The position numbers and the translations under genes were made by a program. DNA of 64,000 nt from the human T2T-CHM13v2.0 reference genome, Homo sapiens. The stretch is taken from assembly GCF_009914755.1 (NCBI RefSeq), contig NC_060927.1; one strand, given 5' to 3'. This document shows positions 45,191 to 59,904 of this stretch, one piece after another; position 1 is the first letter of the stretch; every line of letters starts with the position of its first letter. Below the pieces are notes generated by a model that did no database searches, had not been told where the DNA came from, and worked only from the letters and a program-made list of their open reading frames with translations.

Positions 45191-46934
45191 AAGAAGGGAG
45201 AGAGGAGAAATACTTGGTACTCATCACCCAGCAATTTAAAGAAGTCTTTCTTACCCTCACACCACTACTGCTGGTTGCTAAACCTTAGCACTATAATTGA
45301 TGGACCTCACATGGCAATTATTCATTGGAGCAATGGTGCTTCTTCAGTTAAGATTTTTACTTACTACACATTATCTGTAGCATTGGGCCCAAATGTAAGT
45401 GCTTGGCTAATGGTTATATGGGTCTTAAAGGCCAAAAAGCCATAAATTCAATACTACTTTAAGGCTGACAGCTTCTCCACAACACTCCTGCCGACTCTGT
45501 ACCTATTATCTCCTAGCAGGTCTTCTGTTAGGAAGTTCTCATTGTCTCTCCAAATAGCTCAGAGCCATCTCTGTACAGATTAGACTGCTCTCTCTTATTT
45601 CCTCCAAAACCTTTTTCCCCTGTAGAAGAAATTCTGCCAATCTTTTACTGGTGGTAGACATATAAAACAAAGCCATTTCTTTGATATAATTCTTCAATGA
45701 CATAAAAACAACTTTCTAGTTTCCCTAAAAGTCTCATCTAACGTCCAGCTTTTTATTATTCTTTCCTCACAGGAATTAATTTTAAGACTCCTCCTTCTTC
45801 ACTTTGCTGCCCTCCTCTCTATGCATCCCACTATCTTATCTGTATTAAAATGTTGAATATAATCATGATTAATTCATTGTACAAGCACGTGAGTTTCTAT
45901 TATGTACAAGGCACCTTGCTAGACCCTAGGAATATAGTTCACAAGGAGCTCAGATAACACAGTAAATTTAGGAAAATTTACTTTCCTCTGAAACCAATTT
46001 CCAGACCATTGTTACAAAGACAATGTAGTGTATTGTTATATTCAATGACAGAAAAACACCATCTCCTCCCATTTACATTTCTCCAAGTGACTATTTCTTT
46101 TATTTTTTCTCCTCGCACAAAGAAGTATTATTAAATTATTGTTAACCAGAATTTTATGAATTGGACATTGTCACACATCCAGCCATTTGTTATCTACCCC
46201 CTGGTAATGGAGGTTATTCCCTGCCACCCAGATCTTGTTTTACTATCCATTGTCTTTAACAACAAAATGGAAATTATTTTTCCAGCTCTTAGTCTGAAAT
46301 CAAAACAAGATCACTCTTGCATGGAAAGTAAATGAATTTGCACATCGTTCCATCAAATGAAATACATATCATAAAATTTGTATGTGCTAAAAAACTTGGT
46401 TTCCCTTTATATAAAATTTTTTATAACGTGTAATAAACAATACCTTTAAAATGCTACATAATCAGAAACTTCTATAAAAGATTTATAAAAAGAAAATTAT
46501 TGACATTTGGTAGGATTTGGTAGGCAATAGCAGGGTAGAAAACAATCTCTAAATAGTTCTCTCATTCCTTTTTCATTTTATCTCAGAAATCAAGTTTAAT
46601 TCACAAAATTGTGGAGCTGAAAATAATCTTTAAAACTACCATTTTCAGGTGAGAAAACTGAGGCCCAGAGAAATGCAATATCTGTTTAATCTACAGAGAG
46701 TGTGGAGCAAACACGGGCTTAAACTCTGGTTTCCAACTCTTATCACTTTATTTCACAACAATTTTTTCTTTGTACTGGTAAGCATCTTAATAATTGAATA
46801 TTAAGGATGTGAGAAGATGAATTAATCGAATCAGGAAACTTGATGTTTCTAATGTGTTTGTTTTATTTATAATCTGTGCAGCAAGGAAAGCATGTTTACT
46901 GAGTGGCACTTGCTATACATACAGTATGCAAGAG

Positions 46935-47185
46935 CACAGTGGTTAAGAACATTTGCTTTCAGCCAGATAAACCTGGCTTCACATCCCCACCCAGCCGATA
47001 ACTAGCTTTCTGGCACTGTGCAAGTCAATTAACCACACAAGGCCTTAGTTTCCTCATCCCTAAAAGAGGGATAATGAAGGTACCTCTTTCATAAGCTTGT
47101 TTTGAGGATAAAACGAGTTAATCCATGCAGTGCACATAAAACTGCCCAACACCTTAAGCGCTATATGAGCGTCTGCTGTTGTTTT
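46935..47185 (+). mobile_element. Near full-length MIR
   Basis: gcacagtggttaagaac...agccagataaacctggcttcacatccc...ccttagtttcctcatccctaaaagagggataatgaaggtacct...tgaggataaaacgagttaatccatg. Confidence 0.88.
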
Positions 47186-47664
47186 TGTTGTTGTTACTAT
47201 TTTTAAACTGAATAAGTACTTTTTCCATATTCTTCTCAGGTTCAGTTTGAATCTCCACTCTTTTCACTTTGTACCAGCCGGTAACCAAATTCAAGCTGAA
47301 GCAAAGAGGTCTAATCCAGGGGAAGAAGTGGGCACAAGAGTTTGACTCTATTACTGTGGGTAAATGCTCTTTATTAGAGAGCAAAGAGGAACGTAGACAA
47401 CAAAATAAAAACACATGGAGCTGTAAAACACCTGCAGGCAGGTCTCAATGGCTGCCAAGTCTCTTTGCCATCATGTCAATAATGGTTTTATGAATAACTT
47501 AGAATTAAGCTTTAGTATTTTATTAGGAAAAATATATAAAATCAAATTTGAAGATGTTTCTCTGAATTGCTTTGCTTTAAATAGTTTTGTAACGGTACAC
47601 ATGCATTTAGTTCTTTTAAAATCCTAATTTAAAAGGATCAAGGGCTCATCACTGCCATCAGTAA

Positions 47665-48147
<483 letters not shown>

Positions 48148-48198
48148 TAAGTAAGGAGATACTGGCATCTTTTGGGGCCAGTTGATCTGGATTATATG

Positions 48199-48599
48199 TG
48201 ATATGGCTTAGATCTGTGTCCCCACCTAAATCTCATGTCTAATTGTTATCCCCAATGTTGGAGGAAGGGTTTGTTGGGAGGTGATGGATCATGCGGGTGC
48301 GTTTCTCATGAATGGTTAAATACTATCCCTTTGGTGCTGTTCTCATGATAGTGAGTGAGTTCTCATGTGATCTGGTTGTTTAAAATTGTGTGGCACCTCC
48401 CCGTCTCTCTCTTCCTCCTGCTCTGGCTATCACCTGCTTCCCCTTCCTATGTCAACCATAATTGTGAGTTTCCTGAGGCCTCCCCAGAAGGAGAAGCCTA
48501 TACAGCCTGCAAAACTGTGAGGCAATTAAAGCTCTTTTTCTTTATAAATTACCCAGTCTCAGGTACTTCTTTACAGCAGTGCAAGAATGGACTAATCCA
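48199..48599 (+). mobile_element. MaLR solo LTR (MSTA-like)
   Basis: tgatatggcttagatctgtgtccccacctaaatctcatg...ataaattacccagtctcaggtacttctttacagcagtgcaagaatggactaatcca; perfect 5-bp TSD atatg. Confidence 0.93.
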
Positions 48600-48927
48600 A
48601 TATGATTCACAATTGCATACACAACAAAGTACTTTGACTAAAAATGAGCCAAGGCGGAAAAGAGGAAGAGCATTTTAAAATAACCATTTTATTTGGACAA
48701 TATCAAACTTCATAATTTCCATTTGATTGCTAGATTTGCTCCACATTTAAAAAGTTACAAATACATACCTAGCTCTATGACCACAACACAAATGTATCTT
48801 CCAGGTCCTGACCCTGCCTTTCGGCTGCCTATTGTGACCCCTAGCTAGATGTTGCCCTAGTTGTGTAGCTGGGTTGGCAAACTTGGAAGTCCACATCTTT
48901 GTTTATTTGGTAAATGCAATGTTATAA

Positions 48928-49272
<345 letters not shown>

Positions 49273-49299
49273 TAATTTTTAAATATCAGAAGAACTGAC

Positions 49300-49667
49300 T
49301 AGTGGTTTTTGGCCTGGCTGCCTAGTGGGATCACCTGAGATACTTAAACACGAAAAACCCCCAGAAATATTTTAATATAATAGATGTGGTTTGAACCCAG
49401 GTATTGGTATGCTTCCTTTAAGCTCCTCAGATGATTCTCATGTGCCTCATGCTACAGTGAGCTGGGCTACAGTAGCATAAATTCCCAAAGTGGTTGACTA
49501 ACAGCACCAACATCACCTGGGAATATGTGAGAAATGCAAATTATCAGGCCATATCAAGACCTACACGATCAGAAATTCTGGGGTGAGACTCAGGAATCTG
49601 TGTTTGAACAAGTGTTCCATAAATGTGCATGTGATTCTGACTCACACTCACATTTGAGAACCACTGC
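49300..49667. mobile_element. Two adjacent MER5-family (hAT-Charlie) MITEs
   Basis: gatcacctgag...taagctcctcagatgattctcatgtgc, then catcacctgggaatatgtgagaaatgcaaatt...atcagaaattctggggtg...tttgagaaccactg. Confidence 0.82.
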
Positions 49668-49799
49668 ACTATGTAGACCCTGCACATCTCTATTAGTTAT
49701 TGCTTATAGTTATTGTTTTCACTCAGTTAACTGACTTACCTATAGCTGTGTTTGTATTTGAAGATCCTCTAACTGAGTTCATTCTCATTTTCCCAGACC

Positions 49800-50450
49800 T
49801 AATTTTTCTTTTGAAATTCCTCTTTCTGATTATGACAAAAAGACACCAACCAAGCTTCAGGCATTGTTTTCTTTTCCAGTGCTAATTCAACCCTCTTAAT
49901 ATTACAATCATTTTTTTTTCCTTATAGTCCTACTGCCATTGTTCCAGTCCAGGCCCTCATTACTTCTTATCTTGACAATTGAATCTGTTTCTGGCTTCCC
50001 TGCCTCTAGTACCTACTCACTCCAGTTCCTCATATATACTGTTGACAGTTTTGTCTTCCTGAATGCAAGCCAAGTCATAAACTCATTCAGTTTAGAATTC
50101 TTCAGTGACTTGCCATTGAATATATTCAGTCTACTCCACCTAGCATCAAAGACCCTCCATGACCTGGCTCCTCCTTGCATTTCTACACTTCTCCTTCACC
50201 ATTCTACTTCCCTATTAACTTTAAACTCTAAATAATTTACTATTGCCTAAACTTTCCTACTCCATATTGACTTTTAACTTTATGTTTCAACTTATGCTTT
50301 CATTCCACTTGGATTGACCAAACTTTGTCTTCTGTTACCATCTCCTCCAAATTCTCCTCACACTATAATTGTCCCAAACACCATTTCCTTCTGAAGCCTT
50401 CCTTGATCCATCAAATCTTAAGTAGTTTTGATCCACTCTGTACTACCTTA
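49800..50450 (+). mobile_element. L2 fragment
   Basis: tactgccattgttccagtccaggccctcatt...ctggcttccctgcctctag...aaagaccctccatgacctggctcct...tctgaagccttccttga. Confidence 0.75.
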
Positions 50451-53141
50451 GGTTTTTATTCCGCCTCTCATACATCACTCGACATACTGAGATAACATGC
50501 ACACACAGACAACATATTAGTTGTCAGTTACGAACTATCATCCATCTAGTTGGTTAACCAAAAAAATAATAACTGACTTCTATAAGATAAGAACTGTGCT
50601 AAGCTCTATATGACTGGTAAATATTGGTTCATTGAAAAGAAGCCTTAGAAATTTGGGGGTATAAATATGTTTTTTAAAAGTTTCTTTGAAGGATTTTTGA
50701 ACAAATGGAAACATGATGTTAAATATTCCAATAGTCTACTGAAGATGATAATCTGTGAATCCTCTCCTTTCCATCTTCAAGGCAATTCCTCTATTATTAC
50801 TCTCTTTATTAGATGAAATGAGACACAAATAAATCCTCCAAATATTGTATCTTAAAAGCATCTTGCACCAACCATCTGAATGACAAAGAGGTGAGTTAAT
50901 GTATTTGTGTGACTCCATGAGAGGATGGTTTAAAGGGAAGAGTACTGGTAACAAGATAAGACTGGGTCTCAGCCAAACATGGCAGCTTGCCTACCTTTGG
51001 TGCTGCTTGGATTTTACTCAAAACACACAATTCTCCAATTTCCTCTTTGCTAGAGTTGGGTGACCTTTTCTGTTTGACAAAGCCTCACAAGGCTAACCCA
51101 CACACACATTCATACATGATTGGTATTTCTTTTTATTTTAAGTGTTCTTCATGTTCCGGAGCCTTCTCACCTTAAAGCCACAAATTCTGCACATTCTCTT
51201 AGGCTCTTATATGCAAGCCATTAATCTGACAGATCAGCCAATGGAAAAATGGTAACTAGGTTAAAATGCTATGCATACGTAGTACTAATTAGAATTTAAT
51301 AAGGCCTTACTCAAATGAGAGACACTATTATACCTGTAAGCACCATGACAGCGCAGGGATGTGATCAGTATCTTTATACTAAGGTACGTTAATAAACACC
51401 AGTGGTGCTGGAGGGAGGAAGAGATAGCCATCATGAATAACCAACTGCTTGGACCTTTAGAACATCATAAATAGTCCTTTAAATATCTACATTTTGGACG
51501 AAGTGACTTAGGAAGGCTTAAAGCTGGGGCAAATCAAGAGAACAATATGCATGGGTAATATAAAGAAAGAAATATAGTTCAAGTCTTGGACATCTAAAAG
51601 TAAAATGTAATTCAGGTCAACAAAGATTTACTGAAGTATAAAATATAGAAGAAAATATCACGAAAATATTTAAGATACAATCCTGTCTCTAGTTATGACT
51701 GGCAGTGTAAAGGTAGAATATAACAAGTATAAAATGATCATGATATAAATACCACCAAGGTTATATGGTGTGAGGATTCGAAGAAGCAAAATATAAACAA
51801 AAACAAACAAAAAATAGATTAGCAAAAGAAATAGAGAAACATTTGATAGAGATTTGCCTTATAATTCAAATTACATTTTTACCAGGAAAGGTGTGGTATG
51901 AAGAGGAAGCCACAGGAACAGAGAACATGACAGGTGTGACATGTATTCAGATACTATCCATAAATCAAATCTAGAGAGAATACAAGTAAATGGGGCAAGA
52001 AGTGGGAGACGAGACTGTAAAACTTGGTGGGGTCATCCTGATAAGGCCATGAACATGGGAATGAGTACTTAGTGCTGAGTAGGTGAAAAGAGATGGATGA
52101 AAGCCAGGTTTCTTATTCTCTTAGGTTCAACAAAGAACGCTGAAATACAGCATTCTTAACAGCCGACTCTATTGAAGAGACTCTATTGAAGAGACTCAAA
52201 TAAGGTTCTTCGGCTGTAACATGTCCTTAGAATGTCCAGAGGAAAATCAGTTTCCATATCAGACACCTTTACTTCTATTCTGAAAAATTCTGTAAACTCC
52301 CGAACATGATTATTGGATTCCAGATTAATTTTTTCATTGTTAAAATGTTAGCATCTGGAAACTCAAAAGGAAAGAATAATAATTAGTATTTTTCTTGCAC
52401 ATCAGATTTCACCTTGCTCTAGTGTGGTGTTCTTTAGGAAGCTCAGTTGGCAGATACCAATTGAATTGTGAAAATATGTCTCTCCTCCACACTCAAAGAT
52501 AATAAGAGTGTCTGGGAAACAGGCTGTATCAATACATGATACTTTTATTGTGTGTGAAAAAGGGAAAAATTCCAAATTAATCTTAAGAATATACTGACTG
52601 ATATCTATCAAGTTAACCCGATACAACAGGCTGGGGAATGGTAAATCTATTCCATCAAAAAATATGGCCATGAGTTTCACCAAACCGAGTGCTCATCCTG
52701 GCTCTTTGTAAATGCAGGATGAAACTCAGCACACTTTCATTACTTATTCTGCAAAAACAACTGTTCATTAGAATTCTGAGAAATGAGTGTTGAATTAAGA
52801 CTCAGTGTCTCCATCAGGATGCAGTTGAGAAACTCCCCCACGTTTCATGTCCTTCCTCTTCAGTTGCACGTATTCCGCACTGCACCTCTGCCCATACTTT
52901 ACCCAAGGTTAGATATAACTTAGTAAAGTGAATTTAAAATTATTAATATTTTCAAAGCAAATAAAATCACATGAAAGGGATCTTGCAAATGCCTAAATTA
53001 AAACTCTTTTCTTTTAGCTATGTACCTTCAACACATTTTACTTACTAGAGGCGCCTGAACACTGAATATTACAGGTTACCTAGGAAACTTACAGTGACTA
53101 CACTTAAAAACAACACAAAGCCCTCTAACTGAAGCAGAATA

Positions 53142-53293
53142 CCATTTTAGAAAAGTCTATTTTGGGAATGGCAAAAAGAAATGGTTAACAAGTAAATATC
53201 AGTGCATAGCTACTGTCACATTTGAGTTTTTCTTCCTCACATTATTCTTCAATTTCTTTTTATGTCTGCCACTGAGTTGTTCCTGAAATAAAA
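53142..53293 (+). repeat. Copy 1 of a ~150-bp local direct duplication
   Basis: Aligns with 54369-54529; exact 30-mer aaaagaaatggttaacaagtaaatatcagt at 53174 and 54405. Confidence 0.9.
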
Positions 53294-53429
53294 TAAAAGC
53301 TAAAGATATAATAATGAATAAAGGGCAATTATTTCTATTATCAGCTATAATCCAGATCATGAGATCTTACTCCGTGGCTCCTCAGATAATATGGAAATAA
53401 TGTTATGCCTTTTTAGCATTCATTAATGA

Positions 53430-53558
53430 TGGTGACCATACATCCAGTTTGTCTGGTATATTTCCAGTTTATGCCTATGGTTCTGGCAAAATTATTCACG
53501 GTATCTCATTTCACTTGAAAATTATCCAGGCTCGGATGATAAATTATGTTTGCCGTAA
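53430..53558. mobile_element. MER94-like hAT-Blackjack MITE
   Basis: ggtgaccatacatccagtttgtctgg...ccagtttatgcct...aattatt...tttcact...ggatgataaattatg follows the MER94 consensus as I recall it. Confidence 0.7.
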
Positions 53559-54368
53559 CTGTCTATTACAGGTATATGCAGAATGTATTGAGAAATATAA
53601 AACTGTACTAGGATAGTCAGTGCCCTTGGGGAGCTATAAATGTATAATCTAATTGAAAAAATATAAATGGTAACATATTCTTTAAAATATTCACTACTAA
53701 ACAATATAATGATATTATTATATCATTCACTATGACTAAATTGACAAAAATACTTGTTTCCGCAAACTCTCCTGCCTAATGTAATAAATTACACCAAGAA
53801 GGCACTTCCCCATAGCCCATAAAAAGAAGAAAGACAAAGTGTATAGAGTGAGTTGTGATAATTCTGCAAGCCTCAGCAGCTTTGTTAGCAGCAAAATCAA
53901 GGTCACCTTGGCTACTGCCCAAATCTAATACTACCACTGAGAGATTGCCTCAGGGTAGGGATTTTGTAAGATACCTGGAGAGTTGTTGCAGTGTTTTCTG
54001 AAATCCAATTACAAAATCCATTATTACTACTAGACAAACTGATACAGCATTTCTATATTTGCAAGGTGCAGAGCACTCACAGCTCAGCAAAACGGTGCTG
54101 GAGAACGCTTTCTGTATTATGATGATAGTGGTGATGATGATGATGATAATGACATACAATTCCATTTATTTAAATACTTTCTACTCCAGTCCTTCGAAAA
54201 CAAACGTGAAGGATTTCCTACACAAAACTGGAAGAAGATAACATTTCTTTTTCCTTTTCTCTAGCCAATCCTTGTTTTATATAGTAAATAAAAATTATAC
54301 CAATATGGCTTGATAAAGTGAAAAGACATTTTAGTGTTCAAATCTCAATTCTGCATCTCTTAGATCTG

Positions 54369-54529
54369 CCATTTTATTATAGAAAAATCTGTTCTGGGAC
54401 TAGGAAAAGAAATGGTTAACAAGTAAATATCAGTTCATAGCTACTTTTTTTTTAATTTGGGCTTTTCTTCCTCAACTTATTCTTAAATTTCTTCTTAGGT
54501 CTGCCATTGAGTCACTCTTAAAAGAAAAA
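54369..54529 (+). repeat. Copy 2 of the ~150-bp local duplication, embedded in a MIR
   Basis: See copy 1; flanked by a MIR 5' part (gttcaaatctcaattctgc) and a MIR 3' part (ctctccaaggctcaatgttttcatttttataatgaggattatcatagtcctacctca). Confidence 0.88.
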
Positions 54530-55359
54530 CTCTCCAAGGCTCAATGTTTTCATTTTTATAATGAGGATTATCATAGTCCTACCTCAGAAAATTAGTTAGA
54601 ATAAAAGGAAAGAAAAAGTGTGAAGTGTCTGGCATGATGTCAATAAAACTCGAAACTGAATGTTCTCAACTGTACATAATCCTCAGAGTAGTTCGAGTTG
54701 CCATTGCCACTGAGATTCTTGCAGTGACCTCTTCTTACGCTAGTAGGTTACAGCAGTAGTTTTAAAAGTCCAGTATGTAAATGAATCAGCTGAACTACTT
54801 GTTAAAATAGAAATTCCTGATACCATACCCGGAATTCTGACGTAATACATGTGAGAGAGGCCCCAGGACTTAGCATTTCTTACCAGCACCTGCCTTGCCC
54901 ATCCTTACTACAGGCCACATTTACACAAACACAAGTCAGAGAAAATGAAGACTTGCCACAACTTCAAGGCTGAAATTTCACATTAAAAAAAGTATCATTA
55001 GCCACTTAACATCTCCCCCTGGATATTCTGCCAGCAAGTCTGTATCCCAAGCTGAATTTAACTTAAACCTTGAAATTATTGTTGCTTCTCTTAATGACCC
55101 TTCAATCTCAAAACCTCAGTATGCTCATCCTCCTGCTCACTAGCCATCATCGCTCTGCACTCAATATTTTGCATATTTCTCCTCTATTCCATCGTCATTC
55201 TCTGCCCCACCATCCCTTGCCTGACTTTTATAATCATCTCGTCTTTGATTTTTCCATCTCCATTCTCTCCCTCATGCTAATCAATCCTACTCTTGCTACC
55301 ACACATACATTCTTAATGCATAATTATAATCTTAAAACTCCTTATAAGCCTCCAATGAG

Positions 55360-55960
55360 GATGTAAAAACACTGAAATCATCATATGTTGTTGATGGGAA
55401 TATATAAATGTGCAGCCACATTGGAAAACAGTTTGGTAATTCCTAAAGTTAAACAGGTTACCACATTACCAACACTTCTACTCCTACTTTATATATATAT
55501 AAGATAATTAAAAACATGTATCTACACAAAATGTATAAACAAATGTTAATATTCATAGCAGCATAATTCATAACAGTGAAAAAGTAAAAACAACTGAAAT
55601 GTCCATCAACTAATTAATGAATAAAATGTGATCTCTTCCTACAATGGAATATTTTCGGTCATAAAAAGGACACGTGGACACATGTTATAACATGGATGAA
55701 CCTTGAAAACATGCTAAGTAAAAGAAGCCAGCCATAAAAGGCTACATATTGTATGATTCTACTTACGTGAAATGTGCAAAATAGACAAATCCATACAGAC
55801 AGATAGTAAACTGATGGCTGCCAGGGGCTGGGGGAAGGATGGAATAGGAAGTGACTGGTAGTGGGTATGGGATTTATTTTGGGGGTGATGAAAACCTTCT
55901 GAAATTAGATACTGGTGATGAATGCACAACCTTCTGAATATGTTAAAACACACTGAAGTC
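55360..55960 (+). mobile_element. Old L1 (L1MB-like) 3' end
   Basis: gaggatgtaaaaacactgaaatc...gcagccacattggaaaacagtttgg...aacatggatgaaccttgaaaacatgctaagt...atagacaaatccatacagacaga. Confidence 0.88.
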
Positions 55961-56429
55961 TCCAATAGCTCCTCACCACCTGCAAAAAAACAAAACCCTA
56001 AATTTCCTGACTTGGTATATGAGACCCATTCTTCTATAGCCTCTCTTCATGCGTCCTATACCCAAGACTAAGTGAACCATTGCTCTTTTGAAGTCCTGGT
56101 ATGCTTTTTTCCCCATGGCTTAGGGCATTTTTTGAATATCTTTGTTTCATGCATGATTACCATAATATGTCACATAGTATCGGTACTCTATGCCTGAATG
56201 CCCAGTAAAAAAGCAAACTATTTTTTTCAAAACACAGTATCCTTTAAATTTTGTATGTAGCAATCTCCATTTGAAACATGAACATGCTGAGATCCTTAAA
56301 ATAAGAATAAGGCAGAATTGTGTGTGTTGCAAAGACAACATAAAATGCCATTACTGCAGCCATTAATAAGTAAGCACACATCTATGTATAATGCACACAC
56401 AAAACCCACATATATACATACACACATAC

Positions 56430-57053
56430 TGCTATGGTCTGAAGTTTTGTGTCCCCCTCAAATTCTTATGCTTAAATCCTAACCCCTAAGGTGATGGTAA
56501 CAGGAAGTGGAACCTTTGCAAGGTGATTAGGTCATGAGGGCAGAACACTCCTGAGTGGGATTAGTGTCCTTAGAAAAGAGGTTGGAGAGATCTAATGTAC
56601 AACATGGTGAATATACTTAACTACAACATATCGTATACTAGAAAAATGCCAAGAGACTGAATGTTAAATGTTATCACCACAAAAATGATAGCTATGTGAG
56701 GAATCATATATGTCACTTAGCTAGATTTACTCACTCCACTATACATATATATATACTTCAAAACATCATGTTGCACTTGGTAAATATATTCAATATTGTG
56801 TGTCAATTAAAAAAAATGAATATAATGATAAAAAGAGGTTTCTCAAAGGAGCTTGTTTGCCCTCCTTCCGTGGGAGGATGCAGCACAAAAGGGCCGTCCA
56901 AGAACCAGGAAGTGGGCCCCCATCAGACATTGAATCTGCTGGCACCTTAATCTTGAGCTCCCAGCTTCCAGAACTGTGACAAATAAATTTCTGTTGTTTA
57001 CAAGCCACCAAGTTTATGCTATTTTGTTACAGCGGCTCAAACAGACTTAAACA
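56430..57053 (+). mobile_element. MaLR solo LTR (MLT1A/MSTD-like) interrupted by an L1
   Basis: tgctatggtctgaagttttgtgtccccc...gtgattaggtcatgaggg...tgaatctgctggcaccttaatcttg...aataaatttctgttgttta...aaaca; perfect TSD catac. Confidence 0.92.
56584..56830 (+). mobile_element. L1MA 3' end inserted in the LTR
   Basis: gagatctaatgtacaacatggtga...ttatcaccacaaaaatgatagctatgtgagg...caaaacatcatgttgcac; TSD aaaagaggtt (56574-56583 / 56831-56840). Confidence 0.9.
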
Positions 57054-57879
57054 CATACATATACAATAAAGGAATGATCATATCTTATAAAGTCTTACTA
57101 CTCTGTTTCCTCATACTGCTATCAGCAAAATCACTACTTTAGCAGCAATCTCAGAAAGAAAAATAAAACCCAGGAAGCACAGTTCTTGTACTTATGCACA
57201 GACATTTAAGCCTTAACTCCGTACCCTGTGCCTCTCACCTTGGTTTATGAGATATCCTTTCCTTTGCTTTTATGAGGATGCCAGTTCAATCTTTTTCCAG
57301 AAGTAGACCATTAAGCAGTCAATATCCGAAATGTACCCTAAATGCTTCCTCATATTTCCCTTTATCTGACTAATGGAATATGGAAAGCAATGTTTAACCA
57401 GGGAAAAAACATTTACTTCTACCTGGTAAAGCTTAAATTCCATTTAGTGCTCAGAACTTAAAGTAAAAAAAAAAAAAAAAAAGAAAAAAGAAAAAAAATT
57501 TCTATCACACCATAGTAAGTGAGCAAGAGGTAACTAGTAAGTATATGAAATTGAAGGAAAAATTGACTGAAAGTCAAAACATAGTCTAGGAAGGGAAACT
57601 CACTCCCAACGAACCATCATTGACAAACGCAGGTCAATTACTTCTTATTGAACTCTATGATACATAGTCATGATTTTCCATTTGTGCTCAAAACAGAAGC
57701 AACTTCAGCAAAAAATAGAATTGACAAGCATTGAAAGAGAACTGCAAATAGTTGAAGCAAGGGGAATGTTTTTCAAAACAAAAAAATGTTTTGTTTCCTC
57801 TTTCTACTTTTCTGTATTTTCTACAAGAGGACCTATTACTTTAAAAGTTTGTTTGTTTAGAAGAAATAAAGATAAGTCA

Positions 57880-58170
57880 TGGGGGGATGAGGAAAGAGGA
57901 GATGTTGGTCAAAGCCAACAAAGTTTTGATCAGACAGGAGGAATAAGTTTTAGTGATCTATTGCCCACCATGGTGACGATAGTTAACAATGTGTTGTTTA
58001 ATTCAAAATTGTTAGAACAGTGGATTTTAAATGTTCTCGCCAAAAAAAAAAGTATATGGGTAGTTAATATACAAATCAGCTTAATTTAATTATTCCACAA
58101 ATGCATACACATCAAAACATTACATTGTACTCCATACATATAAAAAATTATTTGTCAATTAAAAAATAAG
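57880..58170 (+). mobile_element. L1MA 3' end
   Basis: ggagatgttggtcaaag...agacaggaggaataagttttagtgatctattg...catcaaaacattacattgtactccata...tttgtcaattaaaaaataa. Confidence 0.88.
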
Positions 58171-59904
58171 TGATTATAGATGACATGAGGCATGCATTAC
58201 CCATCACAGTGGTAAAAATCCAGCTTCCCTGTGTCCTGACCTCTTATTCTGTTGAGCAAGCATATCACATTTAATCATGACAATTGCATTACAGATATTA
58301 GCGATATATAAAAATGTAAATAGGCTAAATGTAACTAACTTTGCTCTTACCACAACAGTGTTTTATCTATGTAGCAAAGCTTCCATGTCAACTTGTCAAG
58401 GCGCGTCACCTTTGGACAGTATACACAGACAAGATATTAAAAATAATGGAAAATTTATCACAATCACCATGCCCTCGGGTGATTTTTCCCTCAGAATGAG
58501 AAATGATGCATTTTTACAGTGTTAGAGATAAATACAGAATCATCATCACTATTTTAGGAAAGAAACAATACTCAGAATTGAATGTCATATTCTCAAGGAA
58601 TCCACAAGTCATGTTTCCTTAGGGCATAGAACCATTAAGATGAATATAAAAGAATATCACTTGCTCCACTGATTTACATTCTTGCTTTAGTTACAGGATT
58701 TAAGAAATTATTCCGTACAACTTTTAATACTGCGTCTGAGGAAAAACAGAGGGAAACTAGACACTACGAGAGCCAATACATTTGCAGTCACAGAGTTCAA
58801 TTACGTTTTTTTAAAATTAACTTATTCAATCCTCACAATAATTTTCCGAGTTACATATGTAGCATAATCCTCATGTTACAGTTGATCAGATAATTTCAGG
58901 CTATGGTAGAGCTTATTATATTGTGAGATTCCTCACCTCATGATTGGAGCTCATTGAGAGTAAGGACATTCTATACTAAACCTAAGTTGTCTAACTTCTG
59001 GGACATGGCTGATGCACTATAAATTTTATGGATCTAAGTGAATAAAATTTTAAAAAAAAAAACCTGAGTTCTTGGAGGGCTATGCACACAGAAGGAATAG
59101 ATGAAAGAATTAAGATGCGAACCCAAGAATGTCTTTCCATTTTACCAAGCCATACTGGTAAAATGTTTATTTATATAATGGTACAAAACAAGCATTTGAG
59201 AAAAGCAAAGAAAAATGATTATCTTCCTCCAGTGATAGGTGGGAATCCTTCACATTTGTTCCTTTAACTGACTTCTCTCATAGGGAAAGTGGAAGAGCTA
59301 AAATTTAGATGCAGGTATTCTGGCCCCTGTGTTTCTCTAAAACCTCATAACCTACTATTGGCTAATCAAGTGTGTGTTGATCATTGCAGATTTTTATTTT
59401 TCAGAAACTCTAAAATTGTTTTTTAGAGTACTGCTACCAGGTTAGAGGTCAACTATCACTATTAAGTGATACAATACAACATTTTGAAAATTAATTACAG
59501 ATCCTGGAGACTAAGAAGATCCATGTTATGTAGTTTAAAATGAGGTAAATGTATATTTCTATGAGCAATTTATAAATGGCTATTGTAAGTAATTTGAATG
59601 GTCATGGAAAATAAACTAGCTGAACTACATGCTATTCCTATACAGCTTTGGAACATTATGTAAATGAAAGCGATCTACTCATGGAATCCGAAAAACAAAG
59701 CTCTTGCACTATGTTTACTAATTAGAGGTTCATACACCTGAAAAGCTTGAAATTGTCACATTCACTTTAGTTTTCTCATCTGTAAAATAAACAACTTACT
59801 TTTCATGCTTTACATAATTGTTGTAAAAATGGATGATACATTATGTGAGAAAGATGTTGTAAACTTTAAAGTGTAATGCATATGACGGAGCTTATTACCT
59901 AACA

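Noticed and set aside
46505-46524. atttggtagg x2, and short palindromes such as atcccatgggat near 5677
   Set aside because: These are too short to stand out from background micro-duplication or chance.
57670-58089. 139-aa ORF
   Set aside because: Its second half is an L1MA 3' UTR, and it shows no recognisable protein similarity.
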